From Betaproteobacteria bacterium (GTDB lineage: Bacteria > Pseudomonadota > Gammaproteobacteria > Burkholderiales > Casimicrobiaceae): a stretch of DNA of 64,000 bases. Below the pieces are notes generated by a model that saw only the letters and a list, made by a program, of their open reading frames with translations, made no database searches and was not told the origin of the DNA. The stretch lies in the NCBI GenBank assembly GCA_013298765.1, contig JAAFJA010000007.1:1-64000 (forward strand). Reading direction: 5' to 3'. Both the position numbers and the translations under genes were made by a program. Shown in pieces: positions 58,131 to 64,000 of this stretch (position 1 is the first letter of the stretch; every line of letters begins with the position of its first letter).

Positions 58131-58943
58131 TTAAGCGACGCTTGCGCCGTCTGCAATCATCTGTTCGACAGCGCCGCGCGCTGCGTGCGCGAAATCGTCG
58201 CCGTTCGATGCGTAGAGCACGGAGCGCGACGCGCTGATCATGAGCCCTGCGCCATTGCCTGCGCGGCCGGCAGCGACCGAAGCGGCAACATCGCCGCCCT
58301 GCGCGCCAACACCGGGTACGAGTAGCGGCATATCGCCGACGACTGCGCGCACATCGGCAATCACTTTCGGCACGGTCGCACCGACCACGAGCGAGACATT
58401 GTTGTTCGCGTTCCACTTCGTTGCGGCAAGGCGCGCGACTTTCATGTAGAGCGGTTCGCCATCGATCAAAAGTTCTTGCAAATCCGCAGCGCCGGGGTTC
58501 GATGTGCGGCACAAAAGAATCGTGCCGCGATCGGCGTACTTCGTGAATGGCTCAATCGCATCCGTTCCAAGGTAGGGGCTCACCGTTACCGCGTCTGCCT
58601 TGAAGCGATCAAAGGCTTCCTGCGCGAGATACATCGCCGTGTTACCCATATCGCCACGCTTTGCGTCCAGAATCACCGGCACGCTCGGATAGCGATCGTG
58701 AATGTAATCAATGATCGCGGCGAGCTGATCGTACGCACCGAGCGCCGCATGATGTGCGAACTGCGGCTTGTATGCGCAGACGATGTCGTGCGTCGCGTCC
58801 ACAATCGCTTTGTGAAATGCAAACACACCATCAGGCCGCTCACGAAAACGCGCAGGCAGTTTTGGCATCTCGGGATCAAGACCGACGCAAACCAGTGAGC
58901 GAGATTTGCGCCAAGCCACGTTTAGTTTTTCGGTGAAAGTCAT
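58131..58943 (-). CDS. pyrF: orotidine 5'-phosphate decarboxylase, type 2
   Basis: 270 aa with the motifs [22 protein letters not shown] and [12 protein letters not shown], typical of long-form PyrF. Confidence 0.8.
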   Translation of the reverse strand: MTFTEKLNVAWRKSRSLVCVGLDPEMPKLPARFRERPDGVFAFHKAIVDATHDIVCAYKPQFAHHAALGAYDQLAAIIDYIHDRYPSVPVILDAKRGDMGNTAMYLAQEAFDRFKADAVTVSPYLGTDAIEPFTKYADRGTILLCRTSNPGAADLQELLIDGEPLYMKVARLAATKWNANNNVSLVVGATVPKVIADVRAVVGDMPLLVPGVGAQGGDVAASVAAGRAGNGAGLMISASRSVLYASNGDDFAHAARGAVEQMIADGASVA

Positions 58944-60025
58944 ACCGTCGCCCCTTCCATGCTCGCCATTTGTTCTGCCTGATGTTCGCTGCGCAACGCA
59001 TCGACCATATCGCCGATGTCGCCGTCCATAATCATGTCGAGCTTGTAGAGCGTCAAATTAATGCGGTGATCAGTCATGCGGCCTTGCGGATAGTTGTAGG
59101 TACGAATGCGCTCGCTCCGGTCGCCGCTGCCGACGAGTGATTTGCGCAGTCCTGCTTCTTTCGCATGCGCGGCCTCGCGCTCGCGCTCAAGCAGGCGCGA
59201 GGCGAGCACTTCCATCGCACGCGCCTTGTTCGAGTGCTGCGAACGACCATCCTGGCATTCAACGGTTACGCCGGTTGGAATGTGAACGATGCGCACTGCC
59301 GAATCGGTCTTGTTGATGTGCTGACCGCCCGCACCGCTCGCGCGGAACGTATCGATGCGCAAATCCGACGGATTGATCGTGATGTCTTTCACCGGATCGG
59401 CTTCCGGCAGGATCGCCACCGTGCAGGCGCTCGTGTGGATGCGGCCCTGCGCTTCGGTTTCCGGCACGCGTTGCACGCGATGCGTGCCCGATTCAAACTT
59501 GAATTTCGAATACGCACCTTGTCCGCTGACGCGCGCGATCACTTCTCGATAGCCACCAAGCTCGCTCTCGTTGGCGGAAACGATTTCCACTTGGTAGCGC
59601 TGACGCTCTGCAAAGCGTGTGTACATGCGAAGTAAATCGCCTGCGAAAATCGCGGATTCGTCGCCGCCTGTACCCGCGCGAATCTCCAAAAAGATGTTGC
59701 GTTCGTCGCTTGGATCTTTCGGCAGCAGCGCAATCGTCAGTTCTTTGTCGATTGCATCGATCGCTTCTTTCGCGCTCGCGATTTCTTCTTGCGCCATCTC
59801 CTTCATCTCGGGATCGGCGAGCATTTCTTGCGCAGTCGCGAGATCGTCTTCGCGGGCCTTGAACTGCTTAAACAGCTCCGCCACTGGCTCCAAATCACTG
59901 CGCTCTTTCGACAACGCACGATAGCGGTTCATATCGTTCACCACCGTCGGATCGGCGAGCAAAGACTCCACCTCGACCAAGCGGCGTTCGAGTTGCTCGA
60001 GTTTGATACGGAAACTGTCTTTCAT
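58940..60025 (-). CDS. prfA: peptide chain release factor 1
   Basis: 361 aa with the GGQ motif ([18 protein letters not shown]) and the PxT tripeptide anticodon region. Confidence 0.95.
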   Translation of the reverse strand: MKDSFRIKLEQLERRLVEVESLLADPTVVNDMNRYRALSKERSDLEPVAELFKQFKAREDDLATAQEMLADPEMKEMAQEEIASAKEAIDAIDKELTIALLPKDPSDERNIFLEIRAGTGGDESAIFAGDLLRMYTRFAERQRYQVEIVSANESELGGYREVIARVSGQGAYSKFKFESGTHRVQRVPETEAQGRIHTSACTVAILPEADPVKDITINPSDLRIDTFRASGAGGQHINKTDSAVRIVHIPTGVTVECQDGRSQHSNKARAMEVLASRLLEREREAAHAKEAGLRKSLVGSGDRSERIRTYNYPQGRMTDHRINLTLYKLDMIMDGDIGDMVDALRSEHQAEQMASMEGATV

Positions 60026-60031
60026 GTTGCT

Positions 60032-60454
60032 TTATTTTTCTGTATTTGATTCTGGGGCTAGCCAGTTTTCAATTTGCAGCGCGGGAACGCGCATGAACTC
60101 ACTCTCGTTATTGGTGATGAGCGTGAGTCCTTCGCTGCGTGCGTGCGCTGCGATATGCAGATCATTGACGCCGATGGGCGTACCGGCCCGCTCTAGCGAG
60201 GCTCTGATCGCGCCGTAGTGCGCTGACGCTTTCGCGCCGTACGGCAAGACTTCAAGCCGGCTACAAAAATCTTCAACGATCGAGAGATTTGTGTTCCTGC
60301 GTTCGCTTTTCTCCGCGCCGTGTATGAGCTCCGCCAGCGTAATCGATGAGATTGCCATTCGTCCCGCGTTCTCATTAAAGCGAACACGCGCGACCTCGGG
60401 GCGCTTTTTGATGACATAGATCACGATATTCGTGTCCAGAAGGTAGCGCAGCAT
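60032..60454 (-). CDS. vapC: type II toxin VapC (PIN-domain ribonuclease)
   Basis: 140 aa. The N-terminus MLRYLLDTNIVIY carries the first PIN Asp. Other acidic residues are conserved. Confidence 0.85.
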   Translation of the reverse strand: MLRYLLDTNIVIYVIKKRPEVARVRFNENAGRMAISSITLAELIHGAEKSERRNTNLSIVEDFCSRLEVLPYGAKASAHYGAIRASLERAGTPIGVNDLHIAAHARSEGLTLITNNESEFMRVPALQIENWLAPESNTEK

Positions 60455-60460
60455 AGGCAG

Positions 60461-60694
60461 CTACAGCGTGTCGCGGTCAGCTTGCGTCTGCAATGCGCGC
60501 GTATCCATGAAGTCATCGCTGACTGTCTCAGTGGCCGAGAAAAAGCTATCCCACGACGCACCAGCGGGCGCAATGATTCGCTCAACGCCGCGCGCGCGCA
60601 CGTCCACATGCTTCACGCCCTCCGGCATGCGAAGCTCCGCCGGCAGGCGAACCGCTTGTGTGCGGTTGTTGGTGAAGATTGTGCTGGTGGTCAT
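60461..60694 (-). CDS. vapB: type II antitoxin VapB (AbrB/SpoVT-type swapped-hairpin)
   Basis: 77 aa with TNNRTQAVRLPAELRMPEGV. It lies immediately upstream of vapC with a 6-nt gap. Confidence 0.75.
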   Translation of the reverse strand: MTTSTIFTNNRTQAVRLPAELRMPEGVKHVDVRARGVERIIAPAGASWDSFFSATETVSDDFMDTRALQTQADRDTL

Positions 60695-60888
60695 TTCGAC
60701 GAGGGCGGAGATAAGAATGCTAAGTCGTATATGGCAATTGTATATTGCAGTCGTGTCGACAGTCTTGCGTGTAACGAACGTGTGCTTGCATTACCCGCAA
60801 AATAATCGCAAACTGTATCGCTCATTGATATATAAATTATTGAAAAACAACAAAAGATTCACAACATTTACTATGCGAATGCGCGTGA

Positions 60889-62220
60889 ATGAAACGAGCC
60901 ATAACCGACCTTCTAGCATCCGACGGCCCGCTCTCGGCACCAGAGGCGGCGCGACGCTTGGGCGTTGACCCGCTGACGATTGCGCGGCAAGCACGCGCGT
61001 CAGCGAGTCGTGTTCTTTCGCTTGGACGCGGCAAAAACACGCGCTATGCAGTGCCCGAGATCGTGGTCACTGGCGCGGCTCAATGGCCGCTCTTTTGGAT
61101 TGACGAGAACGGCCGTGTCACCGAATTCGCAACCGCGTCGTTCGTCAAGCCGCAAACCGTGCATGTGTATGGCAGCGGTATCAACGATGCGTCGCGCGGA
61201 GAGGTCCCGTGGTTTCTATTGCCGCTGATATTGCGCGGCTACCTTGGGCGCGCCGCGCGGTTTCGCTTGGGCGCTGTCGTTCAGTCGTGGGATAGTCACC
61301 CCGAGCGCTGGACGCTCGCGCAGCATGTTTTTGCAATGCAATCGTCCGCGCTTGAACATGCGGGAGCAATCCTCATGGGCGACGATGCGGTTAGCGCTTG
61401 GCAAGCGGCGCAGCAACAAAAGCCGTACCCCGATTCGCCGGAAGCGCTCGCGCAAACGTACGATGCGCTCGCGCATGACGCGATGTCGGGGCGCGTCGCG
61501 GGATCAAGTGCGGATGGGGAGCAGCCTAAATTCAGCACGCGTGTCGTCGATACTAATGGCAACATTCGCGAAGTGTTGGTTAAGTTCTCGCCCCCGCGCG
61601 GCACACCGTTTGGCGAACGTTGGAACGATTTGCTCCACGCCGAAGCAATCGCCGCCGACGTGTTACGTGACCATGGCTTCGCAGTCCCGAATACCCGAAT
61701 CATTCGCAGCGAAAAGCGCACCTATTTCGAATCGGTGCGCATCGATCGCATCGACGCAACTGGACGGCGACATCTGTTACCGCTTCATGCCGTTCACGCC
61801 GCATTTCTTCCAGGGTCGCAACAACACTGGGCTGCGACCGTTGCACAACTCGCCGCGCAAAAACGCATCACCTACCATGCGGTCGCTGCGACGCAAACGC
61901 TCTACGCTTTCGGACAACTCATCGGGAACACCGATATGCATTTCGGCAACTTAGGCATGATCGCCGAGTCGCCGCAGGAAATCGCAAAAGGGCGTTTCAA
62001 ACTCGCTCCGTGTTACGACATGCTGCCGATGCGGTTCGCGCCTGGGGCGCATAGCGATTTGGAGTACACGGCGTTTGGTGTGGAATTGAATGCAGCGTTG
62101 CCAGAGGGCGTCGCAAGCACTGCGCGCGCCATGGCAAAAGAATTTTGGCGGCGCGTTTCTGATGAAACACAAGTGAGCGCGAGCTGGCGCGAGTTCGCAC
62201 TTGGACGCGCTGCCGCTTAA
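60889..62220 (+). CDS. HipA-like Ser/Thr kinase with an N-terminal HTH domain (YjjJ/HipH-like toxin family)
   Basis: 443 aa. An N-terminal HTH-like region (SAPEAARRLGVDPLTIARQARA) precedes a HipA-like core with the catalytic-loop motif GNTDMHFGN. It is preceded by an AT-rich promoter region. Confidence 0.7.
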   Translation: MKRAITDLLASDGPLSAPEAARRLGVDPLTIARQARASASRVLSLGRGKNTRYAVPEIVVTGAAQWPLFWIDENGRVTEFATASFVKPQTVHVYGSGINDASRGEVPWFLLPLILRGYLGRAARFRLGAVVQSWDSHPERWTLAQHVFAMQSSALEHAGAILMGDDAVSAWQAAQQQKPYPDSPEALAQTYDALAHDAMSGRVAGSSADGEQPKFSTRVVDTNGNIREVLVKFSPPRGTPFGERWNDLLHAEAIAADVLRDHGFAVPNTRIIRSEKRTYFESVRIDRIDATGRRHLLPLHAVHAAFLPGSQQHWAATVAQLAAQKRITYHAVAATQTLYAFGQLIGNTDMHFGNLGMIAESPQEIAKGRFKLAPCYDMLPMRFAPGAHSDLEYTAFGVELNAALPEGVASTARAMAKEFWRRVSDETQVSASWREFALGRAAA

Positions 62221-64000
62221 GCCTTCGCAAACTCTGTCCGATGCGCAATCCATCGCGCTAGAAACGCTGCGCGATGGAATGCCGGGTCGTTATCGAGTTG
62301 ATTTGCGGCATTGCGCGCGGCTTCGACGAGGTCGATGTCTTCTTCGATGTTCGCGTAGCGAAGCCCCGGTACGCCGGACTGCCTTGGGCCAAGCAATTCG
62401 CCAGGGCCCCGAATGCGCAGATCTTCTCTGGCGATCACGAAGCCATCGGTGGTTTCGTAGATGACTTTGAGGCGTTGCTTGGCGGTGTCGGAGAGTTTGT
62501 CGGCGAAAAGCAGAATGCAAGTGGACGCCGCACTGCCGCGCCCCACGCGTCCGCGTAGCTGATGCAGTTGCGCAAGACCGAAGCGTTCCGCGTGTTCGAT
62601 CACCATCCAACTTGCGTTCGGTACATCGACGCCGACTTCGATGACGGTGGTCGATACGAGCACTTGTACCTTGTTTTCGATGAAGGCTTGCATGATTTCC
62701 GCCTTCTCTTCGGCTTTCATGCGACCGTGCAAGAGCGCGACCTTGACGTTCGGCATCGCTGTGACGAGCTCTGTGTAGAGCGCGGTTGCGTTTTGCAGCT
62801 CGATTTCCATTTTGTCGCTCTCTTCAATGAGCGGACAAACCCAATACGCTTGCGCGTCGGCTTGCGCGGCAGCGTAAATGCGTTCGGCAACCTCGCCGCG
62901 GCGTTTTTCGGAGACGAGTTTGGTGACGATCAGTTGTCGGCCGCTTGGGATTTCGTCGATGACTGAAACATCGAGGTCAGCGTAGTAGCTCATCGCGAGC
63001 GAGCGTGGAATGGGGGTGGCGCTCAGCATTAATGTGTGGGGGGCGAGTTGCTCCCTCCCGTTCAACAGGAGGGCGGGGGTGGGGATGGGGTTGTCTTCTG
63101 GCGCGTTAAACCGGACGCCAACTCCCTCACCCGCCCTTCGGGCACCCTCTCCCAGAGGGAGAGGGACGGTTTTCGAGCGCAATCGCAACCGCTGCTCCAC
63201 GCCAAATCGGTGCTGTTCATCTACGACCACCAAGCCCAATCTTGCAAACGACACTTTCTTCTGAAATAGCGCGTGCGTACCGATGGCGATCTGTGCTTCG
63301 CCTCGCTTGCACTTCTCCTGTGCGGCCTTGAGCTCCGCCGCGGTGAGCGAGCCGGCAAGCCAGGTGAGCTGCACGGGCAAATCTTTGAGCCAGTGCGAGA
63401 GCTTGCGAAAGTGCTGCTCGGCCAGCAGCTCTGTCGGGGCCATGAACGCGACCTGGTAGCCCGCCTCGACACAGGCGAGCGCCGCCAGCGCGGCGACGAT
63501 GGTTTTTCCGCTGCCTACATCGCCTTGAAGTAGGCGTGTCATCGGCACCTCGCGGGCGAGATCGCGCAGCACGTCGGCGACTGCGCGTTCCTGAGCGGCC
63601 GTGAGCGTGAACGGCAAACGCTGCATCATCAATGGTGTGATGAGCTGCGTGGGGCTGATCGATGGCGCGCGCTCGGCGGCGCGAAGCGTTTTCGCATCTT
63701 TGAGCGCGAGCTGTTGTGCGAGTAGCTCATCAAACTTGATACGCCGCCATGCGGGATGCGTTCGCGTTTCAAGCGCGGCAATCGCGTTCACATCGGTGGG
63801 CGCATGGAGCGCGGCAAGCGTCTCCCCCCACTGCAGCAGTTTCATTGAATCTCGCGCCGACGCTGGCAACAGTTCCGACTGCCACTCACGAACCTTGAGC
63901 GCTTTGCTCGCGAGCGTGCGCAATGCTGCCTGAGGAATTCCCGCAGTGGACGGGTAGACAGCCGTAAGCGCTTTCGAACCACTTAATTGGGGCTCAATCT
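62217..64000 (-). CDS. recG: ATP-dependent DNA helicase RecG, partial (N-terminus lies beyond the window end)
   Basis: Helicase motifs are conserved: GDVGSGKT (I), VVDEQHRFGV (II), SATPIPR (III) and the C-terminal QLRGRVGRG (VI). It carries an extra segment of about 35 aa between motifs II and III that derives from a REP element. Confidence 0.9.
   Translation of the reverse strand, partial: IEPQLSGSKALTAVYPSTAGIPQAALRTLASKALKVREWQSELLPASARDSMKLLQWGETLAALHAPTDVNAIAALETRTHPAWRRIKFDELLAQQLALKDAKTLRAAERAPSISPTQLITPLMMQRLPFTLTAAQERAVADVLRDLAREVPMTRLLQGDVGSGKTIVAALAALACVEAGYQVAFMAPTELLAEQHFRKLSHWLKDLPVQLTWLAGSLTAAELKAAQEKCKRGEAQIAIGTHALFQKKVSFARLGLVVVDEQHRFGVEQRLRLRSKTVPLPLGEGARRAGEGVGVRFNAPEDNPIPTPALLLNGREQLAPHTLMLSATPIPRSLAMSYYADLDVSVIDEIPSGRQLIVTKLVSEKRRGEVAERIYAAAQADAQAYWVCPLIEESDKMEIELQNATALYTELVTAMPNVKVALLHGRMKAEEKAEIMQAFIENKVQVLVSTTVIEVGVDVPNASWMVIEHAERFGLAQLHQLRGRVGRGSAASTCILLFADKLSDTAKQRLKVIYETTDGFVIAREDLRIRGPGELLGPRQSGVPGLRYANIEEDIDLVEAARNAANQLDNDPAFHRAAFLARWIAHRTEFAKA
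63045..63175. repeat. REP-like GC-rich palindromic element embedded in-frame within recG
   Basis: It reads ctccctcccgttcaacaggagggcgggggtggggatgggg...ccctctcccagagggagagggac. On the minus strand it translates to ...TVPLPLGEGARRAGEGVGVRFNAPEDNPIPTPALLLNGREQ... inside RecG. Confidence 0.7.

Noticed and set aside
57974-58156. 60-aa ORF in the AT-rich spacer between prmC and pyrF
   Set aside because: It lies wholly within an AT-rich intergenic region and has no ribosome-binding site (RBS) or homology signal. It is likely spurious.

Overview
A roughly 62-64% GC gammaproteobacterial chromosomal segment. The birA-coaX-SPOR synteny and abundant GC-rich palindromic REP-like elements suggest Xanthomonadales. 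Most of the window is housekeeping or transport genes. These include tatD, birA, coaX, ppc, purEK, slt, ychF, prmC, pyrF, prfA, recG and a dps-katG-oxyR cluster. There is an acyl-CoA-synthetase plus Liv-type ABC operon, and two TonB-dependent receptors followed by a Dpp/Nik-type ABC importer. The most interesting part lies at about 4.1-10.4 kb. An RtcR-type sigma54 enhancer-binding protein (CARF + AAA+) is divergently linked to an operon driven by a near-consensus sigma54 promoter. That operon carries non-canonical cargo. It opens with a structured leader about 560 nt long that contains a 73-nt tRNA-Arg(ACG)-like cloverleaf. An SPFH/band-7 protein, an ankyrin-repeat protein and RtcB RNA ligase follow, the last two translationally coupled. 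The operon ends with a low-GC 241-aa unknown ORF that carries a possible HEPN-like Rx4H motif. RtcA and Rsr/Ro60 are both absent. Other notable items follow. A 30-bp exact duplicate of the tatD 5' end flanks a 2.4-kb two-gene insert. A REP-like element lies in-frame inside recG. A MITE-like element of about 115 bp occurs twice. A decayed ppc fragment lies downstream of an inserted DUF11/IPTL-CTERM repeat protein. A blaI/blaR1-type pair has TACA/TGTA operators and an amber-interrupted 3' extension. A toxin-antitoxin islet (vapBC plus an HTH-HipA-like kinase) sits between prfA and recG. No rRNA, CRISPR array, integrase or transposase was seen.
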